NCBI GenBank assembly: GCA_050287845.1
Contig: JBNKCR010000098.1
Location: 128,001-192,000, forward strand
Direction: 5' to 3'
DNA: 64,000 nt
Origin: Polyangia bacterium
Lineage (GTDB): Bacteria > Myxococcota_A > Polyangia > JAAYKL01
The notes under the pieces are model-generated. The model searched no databases. It saw only the letters and a program-made list of their open reading frames with translations, and was not told where the DNA came from. This document shows positions 38,701-49,602 of this stretch, piece after piece. Positions within the stretch are counted from its first letter, which is position 1. Every line of letters begins with the position of its first letter. The translations under genes and the position numbers were made by a program.

Positions 38701-40659
38701 CTGCTCTCGCAGTTTCACCCGTTTCTGCCAACTGGAGAAATCGACGGGGACGTTTCACTGAACGCGGATTTCACTCTTAAAGACGGACTGCTGGTTGCGG
38801 ATGCCGCGCTGACTGGCAGCAATATTTCCGGAAGGCATTTTCGAATAGATGAAATCAGACTGCAGGGGGCGTATGCCAATGAACAGTTGAATGTGAATTT
38901 CATTGCGAGGCATCCCTATGGCGATAACGTGACCGCCAACGCCACGGTGCCCATGTTGCTGGATGTGCCATCCCTCGTATTTCGCTGGCACCGCGATTCC
39001 CCTCATCACATGGACTGGAAAATCCCCGATATGAGTCTGTATCCGTTCCGGCATTTTCTGAATGTGCCGCCGGTGTTTGATGTGTCTTTCCGCTCGGATG
39101 GTCGGGTGAACGGTGACCCCCACAAATTTAACGCCACCGCCGTCATGTCCGGAGAAATCAGGACGCCCGGGCGCGAATCCGTGCCCTATCGGATATCGGT
39201 GTCGGCCAGCGAACTGCAACAGTACTTGAAAATGCGGTTGGCATTCGAAGAACACAACACGTGCGCATTGAATCTGCATACTGGGGCCGATATTCCGGCC
39301 ATCGCATCCGGAAAGCAACGCTGGCGCGACGTGACGTTCAAAGGTGATTTCAACTCCGGAAATTTTGATTTGCGATTTTTTGATTTACTGGGTCTTCCGA
39401 TTGTCTCGCGTCCCGGGGGCGTGATGCGTGCCGAGGCGAAACTGTCCGGCAGCATGAACCAGCCCGACTGGCGCGGTTACGTGCGCCTGAATAATGTACA
39501 TTTTGCCATCGTTGGGTTGGCCAACCGGATACACGGCGTGTCCGGTGATTTTCGACTGGAAAACAATACGCTCTCCATCCCGTCTCTGCGTTTTAAAAGT
39601 GGCAGAGGAAAAGGGGTTTTCAGCGGCAAGGCAACCATGGACCGCGGTGTGGCCCGGGGAAGGGGCAAACTGGATTTGTTTCAGTTTCCTGTGGCCAGTG
39701 CGGGCCTTCCCCGATTTGTGATGGACCTGAAGAGTCAATTCAGAATCAACGCCACGGACAAACTGGTTGATGTGAATGTTGCGCTGAATCGCAGCACGTT
39801 CACCAAACCGGCGGAAAACCGGAATGGGGCTCGGTTTGTGCCCTCCAACAGTAACGTGACAGTACGCAACGCCGACGAATCTCCGGACACTGCGGTCCCC
39901 GGGATTGACTACAATATCAGAATTCTCAGTAAATTCCCTATCGCGGTGGTTGGCAAGGATATGGATACCCGGTGGAATATGGATTTGCAGCTGAGCCGCA
40001 TGAGCGGTGTCGGGGCCATTGGCGGCAGCATTGATTCCAAACGGGGAACGTTTAATCTGTTTCAGAGTATTTTCACCATGCAGAAAGGAGAGCTCACCCT
40101 GTCGAGTAATCCGAATCTCACGGCGTATCTGCAACTGGAGGCAACCAGCCTGATTTCATCATACACCGTTAATCTCGGAGTGAGTGGCAATCTGCTGCAT
40201 CCCAGGCTGCGGCTCTCTTCGTCTCCAGCGCTCACCGAAGAGCAGATATTATCGCTTCTGGTTTCCGGCAGCGCAGAAGAGGATGCGGAAACCTCAACCG
40301 GCGCCGTTACCACTTTGCTGGCGGTGCAGTATCCGGGTATTCACAATCTGCTGTACAATCGTTTCGGTATCAGTCAGCTGCGAATCGAAACCACCAAAGA
40401 GGGAAGTACCGCCCTCAAGGCCGGAAAGCGGGTTACCCGACGTTCCACTGTGTACACGGTCATGAACCCCAATCCGGCAAAAGACGAAAATGACTTGGAA
40501 ATACAGGTGGAAACAGGGTTAACCGATAAAACCAGTGTGGGTACCGCCGTGGGCGAAAAGAGTTCATCGTTTGGTATTTATCGCCGAGTTCCCATCCCCA
40601 ACGAAAAGCCCCCGCGATTGCAACCCCGGCGACGCAGTGGTGAATCACCGTCTCCATAA
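35743..40659 (+). CDS. tamB: Translocation and assembly module TamB (DUF490/AsmA-like)
   Basis: N-terminal anchor LLFTNSG.RW, long beta-rich body, C-terminal G....P.L.LSSSPALTEEQILSLL..G; 4-nt overlap with tamA. Confidence 0.88.
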   Translation: MNRRVKIRWMVGGGVILTPVILLLVVSSWLLFTNSGARWGIHSALDWYNTRIPGHIQIRNISGAIASELALTGIDASNRDGRRILHIERLDVSVRPERIFHNEIQVKRLGLQNGFLVLERDDAAFTVSDLAPPGTSESQKKEGPLIPALPIGLVVSQIALDNIRLVQQTETATGTPVRIGALRGDLSWQEHLALNLSKLEGELKSGQQSFAFAIDDGAGLTLKSESLQTALNLRSSVGEVRAVVHSKLSQSLVSQVNIEMHLPSVAALTGNGTFPAGVDGELDVGGKVTFRLDDSGRPIVDADLACNDCALKNLGEMSMKLHASLAGEDIAASADVGIPDVALNASFTGNTGGEGTLNAAVEGRLSSDRAQQFGLDGSASHLRANGACHLGADVACQGKLAVEQLRYETIAAEKLLADVNVNVTGGKPVVDGHIQIDGLNASGTPVNRIDISGDLADQLLTIQVNAANPNGDAATLNSTIDMSDGLKIRVAALKSTLRGITVESQSPFGINVKNDTVEAISPISLDVNGAPIVISAFNRNSHSLHGDLTFERVSLGNLSLLLGVPVQGRATGRVKVSGEPEDPEVSVQMTLDNVAYRKLTLAKIAANAQLKKKKLSMSLQASEPDGVQLQLSGAIPFGVNFNRMTFEMNRHKHGRIDWSVKDLSSEMLTGMAELPRNLMFSVDGAGVLAFSAGALSASGEIDFQVTHPLTGRVDGHSTIALNRDSQEVTVAVDSFHGQPFALDLNSNFNLNRLLKSKVPAGEITLHTRIGSGVVTASGQLNGTDEAQFHLTMDTLSINVASELVGGPPVDGTVTGDTFWTINFRTLEFGPVKDTPWRLSWQLKKLSPSLLTHFGISVSPLMFEIDFNGSVEYDGQTLKSLGKLDGWAGHGLLLRLPVKLDFDVASTSQRLSAAWTMPTGESAGLDIEGSLDIQKLIRSRKFDLPYFTSQIRVGDAQISMDGELTGQLGGVQQLLRNGKFHLAAEHVLLSQFHPFLPTGEIDGDVSLNADFTLKDGLLVADAALTGSNISGRHFRIDEIRLQGAYANEQLNVNFIARHPYGDNVTANATVPMLLDVPSLVFRWHRDSPHHMDWKIPDMSLYPFRHFLNVPPVFDVSFRSDGRVNGDPHKFNATAVMSGEIRTPGRESVPYRISVSASELQQYLKMRLAFEEHNTCALNLHTGADIPAIASGKQRWRDVTFKGDFNSGNFDLRFFDLLGLPIVSRPGGVMRAEAKLSGSMNQPDWRGYVRLNNVHFAIVGLANRIHGVSGDFRLENNTLSIPSLRFKSGRGKGVFSGKATMDRGVARGRGKLDLFQFPVASAGLPRFVMDLKSQFRINATDKLVDVNVALNRSTFTKPAENRNGARFVPSNSNVTVRNADESPDTAVPGIDYNIRILSKFPIAVVGKDMDTRWNMDLQLSRMSGVGAIGGSIDSKRGTFNLFQSIFTMQKGELTLSSNPNLTAYLQLEATSLISSYTVNLGVSGNLLHPRLRLSSSPALTEEQILSLLVSGSAEEDAETSTGAVTTLLAVQYPGIHNLLYNRFGISQLRIETTKEGSTALKAGKRVTRRSTVYTVMNPNPAKDENDLEIQVETGLTDKTSVGTAVGEKSSSFGIYRRVPIPNEKPPRLQPRRRSGESPSP

Positions 40660-40702
40660 CTCATTTCGATTCGGTGGTGTATGCCGCAGCAGATGCCGTC
40701 GT

Positions 40703-41797
40703 TCAGAACCATTTTTTCACTTTGAACAGGATGAGCATTCCGATGGCAAGAGCAGCCATAACGGAGAGCACTGTATAATACGCGTACCTGAAATGCAGTT
40801 CCGGCATATGGTCAAAGTTCATCCCGTACAGGCCGGCGAGAAATCCCAGGGGAATGAATATGGCGCTCATCATTGTCAGCACTTTCATGATTTCGTTCAT
40901 CCGATGGCTCATGAGCGACAGATAGCTATCCATCACCATAGATGCGGACTCCCGATGACTCTCAATGGTATCAAGCAGACCATTCACATGATCTCTGAGG
41001 TCCTTCAGATATGGGCTGATACCGTTGGAAATGAGCGGCAAATCGCCGGAAGACAATGTGTCGGCAATTGCTCTCAACGGACGACAGGCTTTCTTTGCGG
41101 CCGCGATGCGTTGCTTCAGATCGTGAATCTGATTCACGTGATTTCCATGGGGGGAACTCATGACCTCATCTTCCAGGAGGTCCAGTTGTTCGCTGTGTAC
41201 ATCGGCGAGAAAGGTATATGTATCCACCACAAAATCAATCATTGAGTACATCAGGTATTCGCAACCGTACCGTCGCATTCGGGAGTCAGGCTGTTGCATT
41301 CGATACAGCAGCGATTCAAAATGAAACATGTCCGATTCCTGAAATGACACAATCAGGTTTTCAAACAGCAATACTGAAATATGTTCAAAATGAATCTCCA
41401 TGGTCTTTTCATTGAAAATCGGCACTTTCAGAATGACAAACAGAAAATTGTCCTGAATTTCAATTTTGGCGGCGTGTGACGAATTGACAACATCTTCGAG
41501 TACCAGGGACGGGATTTCCAGCTTGAGGCCGATTTCCTTGATCAAGTCGGTATTGTGCAGACCACTCACTTGAATCCATCGCTTCCGATGCTCCCCGGCG
41601 GGCAACGAAAACGAGGTGTCCAGTGTCAGACGTTTCACCCCCGTTTCGTCGAAATCGGTGACGTGCACATTCACCGCGCCGGGGGGTTGCTTTCCGGTGT
41701 AAATGACAGTGCCGGGCGCCGTGCCAAGCTTTTGCATCAGCTTCCGCACTCTGGATGTCGCATCGTGAAGATTGCTGGAAAAAACTTTTTTATACAT
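40703..41797 (-). CDS. corA: Magnesium/cobalt transporter CorA
   Basis: G.APGT..Y.G, WI.V.GLH, MNEIMKVLT, AGLYGMNF..MPEL. Start at ATG 41797 with an AGGAG RBS. Confidence 0.97.
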   Translation of the reverse strand: MYKKVFSSNLHDATSRVRKLMQKLGTAPGTVIYTGKQPPGAVNVHVTDFDETGVKRLTLDTSFSLPAGEHRKRWIQVSGLHNTDLIKEIGLKLEIPSLVLEDVVNSSHAAKIEIQDNFLFVILKVPIFNEKTMEIHFEHISVLLFENLIVSFQESDMFHFESLLYRMQQPDSRMRRYGCEYLMYSMIDFVVDTYTFLADVHSEQLDLLEDEVMSSPHGNHVNQIHDLKQRIAAAKKACRPLRAIADTLSSGDLPLISNGISPYLKDLRDHVNGLLDTIESHRESASMVMDSYLSLMSHRMNEIMKVLTMMSAIFIPLGFLAGLYGMNFDHMPELHFRYAYYTVLSVMAALAIGMLILFKVKKWF

Positions 41798-42023
41798 ACC
41801 TGATCTCCTGTCAGACAGATTCTTCTGGAGAACCTTCTGATTCAATTTGAGAATGCGAACGAAACTGTATCAGCGAGATATAATTATTTCAGTACAAATA
41901 AACGTATGTTCTGCAGAATACAACGCAAAGGAAATGATGATTGGTGCGTGACGCAAAAGGGGGAGGGGCACTGTTCAGTGAACATCCGGTCGTTTCTCGG
42001 GCGATCACCTGAAAGGCGCAGCG

Positions 42024-42209
42024 TCAGATGTATACATCAATCAGTCTTCCCAGTCCTGAAGGCGAAGCAACTCTGGCCGGCGGCGGCGCTTCTGCGGACT
42101 GAATGAGCTGAACGGCTGCTTCTCCCTGTTGTTCCATTACTTCCTTGTGCTTTTTCATAACCGCCACATCCATGGCAGTTGCTGTCATTTCTGGACTGAT
42201 ACCGTTCAC
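42024..42209 (-). CDS. YjfB-like small 'putative motility' protein (61 aa)
   Basis: V.VMKK.......G.AA.QLI.........GLG..IDVY pattern; GTG start at 42209 behind AAGGAG. Confidence 0.75.
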   Translation of the reverse strand: MNGISPEMTATAMDVAVMKKHKEVMEQQGEAAVQLIQSAEAPPPARVASPSGLGRLIDVYI

Positions 42210-42385
42210 CTCGGAACTCCTTTGTAAATGTATTCTCCGGCAGAACAAACCGGCATGTTTGCCCGCCAGGTATAACGTCGGCGGGAAAAGGAATTTCTTG
42301 AGAAAAAATAACATGGAAAATATGGCAATCATTTTAATAACGTTGTAATATGGAAATTAGATGACCAGGGAGGAGATGGCTCCAG

Positions 42386-42820
42386 ATGGCGAGACAGCAG
42401 CAATTGAGCGAACAGGACGGAAATCCACTTGCGGAAAGCGGCATATCCACGGTTGCTGCGGACGATTTTTCTGTACTGCTGGTCGATGATTCACCAGTTT
42501 CTTTGAGGGGCATGGTTCGCCTATTAAAAGGGCAATGGGAAATCGATATCGCTACCAGTTCCGATGAAGCGCTTTATATGATAGGTCGAAATGGGTATTC
42601 CGTGGTAGTGACGGATTGCGATATGCCCGGACGGAATGGTCTATGGTTGCTGGAAAAAACCCGTGATGCCACGCCCGAAACCATTCGCGTGCTGGTGAGC
42701 GCCGGCGAACCGGAACGTTTTGCGTCTCATCTGCTTTCTGGCCTGGTTCATATTTTTCTGAGCAAGCCATTGTCCGGCGAATCCCTTCAAAATCTTCTCA
42801 TTGGATTGATGATGAGATAA
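42386..42820 (+). CDS. Single-domain response regulator
   Basis: LLVDD, VTDCDMPG.NG, LVSA, SKP. Confidence 0.9.
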   Translation: MARQQQLSEQDGNPLAESGISTVAADDFSVLLVDDSPVSLRGMVRLLKGQWEIDIATSSDEALYMIGRNGYSVVVTDCDMPGRNGLWLLEKTRDATPETIRVLVSAGEPERFASHLLSGLVHIFLSKPLSGESLQNLLIGLMMR

Positions 42821-42961
42821 CCCTCTGAAATTGAAAATTAAAATCAGTATTGTAGCCGTGGGCGCCAGCGGACAACTGAACAAATTTTTTGCCTGGACAT
42901 GAGTTCATGCTATACATGAGAACAGTATTCTGTTCCAATTTTGCAATGCTGGGAGGGAATC

Positions 42962-43366
42962 ATGGCAACACAGGCTTTTAAACCCGAATTGGTCGATTGG
43001 CGTATTTCGCGACGCTGCACCCGAAAAAAAGTGCTTGTCGTCGATGATGATGGATCCGTGTTGCGGGCGCTGAGAAGGTGCTTGACGCAACATTACATTG
43101 TGGAAACCGCCCCCAATGCCGAACAGGCTGCCGTCCGTCTGGCTGCCGGAGATTTTGAAGCCATCATCACGGACTTTGATATGCCGGTCTATGATGGTAT
43201 CTGGCTGCTCGATCAGGTGGCCGTCAATTATCCCGGAATGAACAGAGTTATGATTTCCGCGAGCGATCCGGCGCTGTTCACGGCTCATATTCAATCCGGA
43301 TTGATTCAGCACTATCACATCAAACCCGTTTCATTTGAGGGCATTGTCGAGTCCCTCGGCAACTGA
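42962..43366 (+). CDS. Single-domain response regulator (paralog of the upstream gene)
   Basis: LVVDDD, ITDFDMP..DG, MISA, IKP; start MATQ with a GGAGG RBS. Confidence 0.88.
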   Translation: MATQAFKPELVDWRISRRCTRKKVLVVDDDGSVLRALRRCLTQHYIVETAPNAEQAAVRLAAGDFEAIITDFDMPVYDGIWLLDQVAVNYPGMNRVMISASDPALFTAHIQSGLIQHYHIKPVSFEGIVESLGN

Positions 43367-43478
43367 CACTGCGGTTTCGCACGCCGGAAACCGCATGTCC
43401 GGTGACGGAGCCGTGACAATTCTTTGGGCATCATCAGAATCGCTTGCCTGTTCCGGGCTCTCGAAATAGAGTGCGGAC

Positions 43479-44765
43479 ATGAATAGCCGTAGCGACAGCG
43501 AACCGAATATATTGTCCACCAGAGCACAGCGATTCAGCTGGTGTCTTTTTGATTTTGCTAATTCAGCGTTTCCGACGGTGATTATCACCGCCATTTATGT
43601 GATTTACTTCAAGGATGTCGTTGTTGGCAGCGATACTCCCGGCGTGTCTGACCGATTGTGGGGGAATGCCAATTCCATCGGCGCGGCAATTGTATTTTTT
43701 CTGGCACCGATTTTGGGAGCCATTGCCGACTACGCTCATAAAAAAAAGATGTTTTTAATCGGATTTACCCTGCTGTGTGTGGTTTCCACCGCTCTATTAT
43801 CTTTCACCGCAGAGGGAACCGTGGCACTCGCCATGGGTGCATTCATCGCTGCAGTGGTTGGGTTTGAAGCCGCGGTGGTCTTTTACAATGCTTTTCTGCC
43901 TCAACTGGTTCCCAGAGAAAAAATGGAGATGTTGAGTGGAAGCGGATGGGCGCTGGGCTACATTGGTGGATTGGGCTGTTTGCTGCTCTGCCTGCCCATC
44001 GCCCTTGGTAAAACCTGGTTGCATCTGATTCCAATGGTAGTAGCTTCGTGGTTCGCAATTTTTTCGCTCCCGGCTTTTATCATGCTGAAAGAAGTGGCTC
44101 CCGGCGCATCAGTGGGTGCAGCTTCCGCCGTTCGAAAAGGTGTGGCGCAACTTGTCGCAACCCTGACCGAAATCAGGCAGCACGGAAATCTCGTCCGCTT
44201 TCTGCTCGCATTCTTTTTCTACAACAATGCAGTGGCAACCATCATCGTGTTTGCCGTGGCATTTTCAAAGGATTCGCTGGCCTTCACGACAATGCAGAAC
44301 ATTATTCTTGTCATCATCATGAATATTGTTGCGGCGCCCGGCGCATATGGATTCGGTCGTATCGCCAATCGAATAGGTGCCAGACGAACCATAGTGATAA
44401 CACTGGTCATGTGGCTTGTCGTCGTGCTGGGCGCTGAGCTGGCGGCATGGCCGGGATTGTTCAGCGTTTCCGGTGCGCAGACCTGTTTCTGGGGAGTGGC
44501 GGCATTGGCGTCACTCTGCATTGGCGCGACCCAGTCCACCAGTCGTACGTTTGTGGGGCAGATGGCACCCGCAGGGCACAGTGGCGAGTTTTTCGGATTC
44601 ATGGCATTTGCCGGAAAAGGCTCTGCCATCGTGGGCCCCCTGGTTTTCGGTTTGGTGTCTTCCTCATTTGACAGCCAGCGTCTTGCGGTTCTTTCCATTG
44701 GTGGCTTTTTTGCGATTGGTCTGACGCTGATGGGATTTGTGAAAAATCCGGTGCGCCACTTGTAA
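43479..44765 (+). CDS. MFS transporter (Atg22/UMF1-like)
   Basis: SW.LFDFANSAF, P.LGAIAD, FYNAFLP, SG.GWALGYIGG, GEFFG; about 12 TM segments. Confidence 0.9.
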   Translation: MNSRSDSEPNILSTRAQRFSWCLFDFANSAFPTVIITAIYVIYFKDVVVGSDTPGVSDRLWGNANSIGAAIVFFLAPILGAIADYAHKKKMFLIGFTLLCVVSTALLSFTAEGTVALAMGAFIAAVVGFEAAVVFYNAFLPQLVPREKMEMLSGSGWALGYIGGLGCLLLCLPIALGKTWLHLIPMVVASWFAIFSLPAFIMLKEVAPGASVGAASAVRKGVAQLVATLTEIRQHGNLVRFLLAFFFYNNAVATIIVFAVAFSKDSLAFTTMQNIILVIIMNIVAAPGAYGFGRIANRIGARRTIVITLVMWLVVVLGAELAAWPGLFSVSGAQTCFWGVAALASLCIGATQSTSRTFVGQMAPAGHSGEFFGFMAFAGKGSAIVGPLVFGLVSSSFDSQRLAVLSIGGFFAIGLTLMGFVKNPVRHL

Positions 44766-44870
44766 TTCGATTCGAAATGCGTATATGAATGGCTCGATTA
44801 TCGGCGGATGGTCCCTCTGGTCCACCCGGGTTGCAACCATCCGCGGCGCAAGGGCAAACAGCGAGAATTC

Positions 44871-46127
44871 ATGACAGAAACGACATCTCAGAGTCGATAT
44901 TTAAAATCGCTATACTTCTTTGTATTTGTGGCCTCAGGGTTTGTTACCCCGTTCGCCACCGTGTTTTTTAAACATGCACTCGTCCGCCCCGATGGCAGCA
45001 CTGCAGATGATTTAATCGGTTGGATTTATTTTTTCATGCCCCTCGCAGGTGTTGTTGCGAATATTCCGACGGGAATTCTCGCGGACAAGTTGCAACTCGG
45101 CAGACATCTGGTTACTTTTTTCTGTTTTGCAGTGGCGCTGTTCACATTGCTCACAGGACTTTCGGGAAGTGAACTGACAGCATCACTGCCGTTGCACGTG
45201 AAGTTTCTTTTCATGTTTGTGGCTGTCCTTGCATACTATATTTTTTCGATGCCGCTCGTTCCCACTGTGGATGGCGAGACAATGATTCATCTCAACCGAA
45301 TCGGTGAACAGAAATCTTACGGAGTATACCGGGTGTTCGGAACACTGGGCTGGAGTGTTGCCTGTATTATTATGGGGTTGATACTTCAGGTGTTCTATCA
45401 TCTTTCCGTTATCTATTACGCGAGTTCAGTCGCGTTTCTGCTTCTTGGGGTGGTTTCGTATCGGGGATTGCGGTTCAGGAAAAAGCCGGTGCCGGTTCGG
45501 ATTCCATGGGAGCACCTCAGAAAAGACAGTCTGTTCGTCTGGTTTCTGGTTTTCTCTCTGTTCAACGGCGTGATGTGGGCCGCTTCCTTCATATACACCA
45601 GTTATTTTTTTGATGATGTGCTTGAAAGTCCGTTTGAGATGGGGCTGGTATTTGGCACGTGGACCATTTTCGAGATTCCGATCATGATTTTCTCCAGACA
45701 GCTGATTCAGCGGTTCGGCAACCGGTGGTTGATCGTTGCCGGGCTTGCAATGAATGGAATCCGACTGGTACTCTTTTCGATGTTCACACTTGAAACCTCG
45801 TTCTGGTGGAAGTGGTCCGCCGCATCCCTGCAGGGTGCCGGGTTCGGATTGCTGCATCTGGGAACCATCGATTTCATCGACCGTCAGTCACACCGCAACA
45901 TGAAATCAACGTACATGAATCTCGCCAGCCTGGTGCGGATTACGATCGCATCCGCAATCGGGGGAAAACTCGGCGCATGGGTGATTTCGACATATGGTTC
46001 TGAAAAGCTGATGATGCTCACCGGCGTCGGATCGATTCTGCTGATCTTCTTTTTCGGTATATTTGTTCGAGGCCACGGACCGGATGGCCAGACCCGATAT
46101 CGTCGCCTGCGTTTGCGTAGAGTCTGA
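44871..46127 (+). CDS. MFS transporter (MFS_1-like)
   Basis: G.LADK, YG.YR.FGTLGW, FEIP.M, L.QRFG; multiple TM segments. Confidence 0.88.
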   Translation: MTETTSQSRYLKSLYFFVFVASGFVTPFATVFFKHALVRPDGSTADDLIGWIYFFMPLAGVVANIPTGILADKLQLGRHLVTFFCFAVALFTLLTGLSGSELTASLPLHVKFLFMFVAVLAYYIFSMPLVPTVDGETMIHLNRIGEQKSYGVYRVFGTLGWSVACIIMGLILQVFYHLSVIYYASSVAFLLLGVVSYRGLRFRKKPVPVRIPWEHLRKDSLFVWFLVFSLFNGVMWAASFIYTSYFFDDVLESPFEMGLVFGTWTIFEIPIMIFSRQLIQRFGNRWLIVAGLAMNGIRLVLFSMFTLETSFWWKWSAASLQGAGFGLLHLGTIDFIDRQSHRNMKSTYMNLASLVRITIASAIGGKLGAWVISTYGSEKLMMLTGVGSILLIFFFGIFVRGHGPDGQTRYRRLRLRRV

Positions 46128-46345
46128 ACATCTGCCGCGTAAAATGGTGCCGGTGAAGCACCTTCATTTTCAAATTGATGATGTCATCGAGAAGGCAAAA
46201 AGGCGGTAGACCTGCTGGACACATCCCATGTTCTGGTTAACTTGGTAACAGAGTTACAATTCCACGTTGCATATACCCCGGCAAATGGAAATGGGCTGTT
46301 ATCGTTCAACAGTCCACAAAACTACCAGAAAAATAAGGAGGAGCT

Positions 46346-47485
46346 ATGGCCGCTGCACAAAAGAAGACCCCTGTGAGAGGTTTGGAAGGCGTTGTTGCCG
46401 GCGATACCGAGATCAGTTATGTGGATGGAGAAAACGGCGAATTGTATTATCGCGGTTTTCATCTCGGTGAGTTGGCCGGCAAAGTGTCTTATGAAGAGTT
46501 GGTCTATCTGTTATGGTACGGAAAACTTCCTAATGCGAAAGAACTGGAAGCTTTTGCATCATTTTTAATGAACAACATGAAATTACCGGTTGAAGTTCTG
46601 GAGTTGATTCATCTGGCGCCTCCCAATACGAATCCCATGGTGCTGCTGCGTACCTGTGTATCCGCACTTGGCATGTTTGACCCGGATGGCGGTAAAATCA
46701 GTGATGAGGCGAACAATCGAAAATCGGTGCGCATATTGGCTCAGGTGGCAGCGCTGGTGGCAGCGATTCATCGGATTGACTGTGATGAGAAAGTCATATC
46801 GCCATCTGCCAGAATGGGATTTGCCGAAAACTTTCTATACATGTTCACCGGAAAAAAGCCAAATAAGCTTGATATTCAAGTGTTTGACTGTCTGTTGGTG
46901 CTGCACGCAGACCATGGACTGGCTGCATCGTCATTTGCAGCCCGGGTGACGGTAAGTACATTGGCCGGTATGCATTCCGCAATTACCACTGCGCTTGGAA
47001 CACTCAAGGGGAGGCTTCACGGCGGGGCCAATACCCGGGTCATGCAAATGCTTGAAGAAATTGATAGCCCTGGTTCGGTGAAGAGATATATCAGCACCAT
47101 GCTTTCAGATGGGAAAAAAGTAATGGGGTTCGGTCATCGAATGTATAAGGTGGAAGATCCCAGAAGTCGCCATCTGCGAAAATATGCTCAAAAATTGTCT
47201 TCCCGTCCCGGAGTGGCCAACCTATTTGAAATTGGGCGGAAAATTGAAGAACAGGTTCTCGACGCAAAAGGAATATATCCCAATATCGACTTTTATTCCG
47301 CCATGGTGCAGCATGCTCTGGGACTTCCCAAAGAGTATTTCACGTGCATCTTCGCTGTGTCCCGAACTGCCGGATGGATTGCCCATGTGAGGGAACAGTT
47401 TGCCGACAACCGGCTTATTCGTCCCACTTCCCGTTATATTGGTGGGTATGGTCACAAGTTTAACCCCATCGATCAACGGAAATAA
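46346..47485 (+). CDS. gltA: Citrate synthase (short form; 2-methylcitrate synthase not excluded)
   Basis: GLEGV, L.YRG, LHADH, LKG.LHGGAN, GFGHR.YK..DPR, PNIDF, R..GW.AH, LIRP. Confidence 0.92.
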   Translation: MAAAQKKTPVRGLEGVVAGDTEISYVDGENGELYYRGFHLGELAGKVSYEELVYLLWYGKLPNAKELEAFASFLMNNMKLPVEVLELIHLAPPNTNPMVLLRTCVSALGMFDPDGGKISDEANNRKSVRILAQVAALVAAIHRIDCDEKVISPSARMGFAENFLYMFTGKKPNKLDIQVFDCLLVLHADHGLAASSFAARVTVSTLAGMHSAITTALGTLKGRLHGGANTRVMQMLEEIDSPGSVKRYISTMLSDGKKVMGFGHRMYKVEDPRSRHLRKYAQKLSSRPGVANLFEIGRKIEEQVLDAKGIYPNIDFYSAMVQHALGLPKEYFTCIFAVSRTAGWIAHVREQFADNRLIRPTSRYIGGYGHKFNPIDQRK

Positions 47486-47572
47486 ACAGCGTTGATTGCA
47501 ATTGCGATTTGGTGGACGTCTATCAATCAATAACGGGAAAAATTGGAGGCGAAGGTTAAATGCGGCGATGGG

Positions 47573-48730
<1,158 letters not shown>

Positions 48731-48795
48731 TTGGTTATCCTCCCTTTTGTGAGTGCCAGCCACTGTGTCTGCAAAATTTCAATGCTGACGCACAA

Positions 48796-48825
48796 CCGAT
48801 GACAGATTGATCAAGCTGCCATCGG
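48796..48825. promoter_or_regulatory. 30-bp imperfect palindrome upstream of the SGNH lipoprotein
   Basis: CCGATGACAGATTGATCAAGCTGCCATCGG matches its reverse complement at 26/30 positions. Confidence 0.5.
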
Positions 48826-48996
48826 AGTTTCCCAAGGAAGTACTGACTAGTTGTGAAACAGGGTTCAATTTTTTTCTGTTTATCAACTGGGAAAAAAGTA
48901 AACGTGCTGTTGTATTATTTCATTATTTTATTCACATGATAATCGGGTAATCTATGGAAGATGCCACATACGGAATCTGATTGTTGGTCGGCAAAA

Positions 48997-49599
48997 TTAT
49001 TTTTTGAAAGAGAGTGGTGGTTCGGTGCCGTTCATCAGTCTTCGAATGTTATCCCGATGAGTCCATAAACCACTGAGTACAAGGACAGTGCAAACCAGCC
49101 CAACCTGCGGCGACGATACCAGAAACGCAGTGGTCGTGGCGCATATCAGAAATGACAGCGAACCCACAGACACCCGTCTGGAAAGGCTGACGAGAATGAG
49201 CAAACCAATGAGACCGGTTAACGCCCCTGCAGGACAAATCGCCAGAATGATACCGATGGATACCGCGATCCCTTTGCCTCCTTTGAACCGGTGAAAAACG
49301 GGAAACAGGTTTCCGAATAACAACGGAACCGCCATGAATGGCCAGTATATATTCATTGAAATATTCATGCATATCCACAGCACTGACCAACCGCGCGCAA
49401 TATCCAGAAAGAGAACCGTAAACGCTATTTTTTTATTGCCCATGCGTAACAGATTGGTAAAGCCGGCGTTGCCTGAGCCATTTTCACGTAAATCCTGTTT
49501 CATGAAAATACGTGCTGCGATGAGCGAAAAATTAACCGCGCCCAAAAGGTAGCAAACAGTATAGACGGTGAAAATCAGGACGGGTAGGGGAAGAGCCAC
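48997..49599 (-). CDS. plsY: Glycerol-3-phosphate acyltransferase PlsY
   Basis: YLLG, DLR..GSGNAG.TN..R, FP.F.RFKGGKG.A, HR.NI.RL..GTE. Confidence 0.95.
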   Translation of the reverse strand: MALPLPVLIFTVYTVCYLLGAVNFSLIAARIFMKQDLRENGSGNAGFTNLLRMGNKKIAFTVLFLDIARGWSVLWICMNISMNIYWPFMAVPLLFGNLFPVFHRFKGGKGIAVSIGIILAICPAGALTGLIGLLILVSLSRRVSVGSLSFLICATTTAFLVSSPQVGLVCTVLVLSGLWTHRDNIRRLMNGTEPPLSFKK

Positions 49600-49602
49600 G
49601 AC

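Noticed and set aside
41850..42023. Possible Mg2+ or other riboswitch upstream of corA; short palindromes TGCGT-G-ACGCA and TGTTCA-G-TGAACA
   Set aside because: No recognisable aptamer consensus, and the palindromes are too short to support a call.
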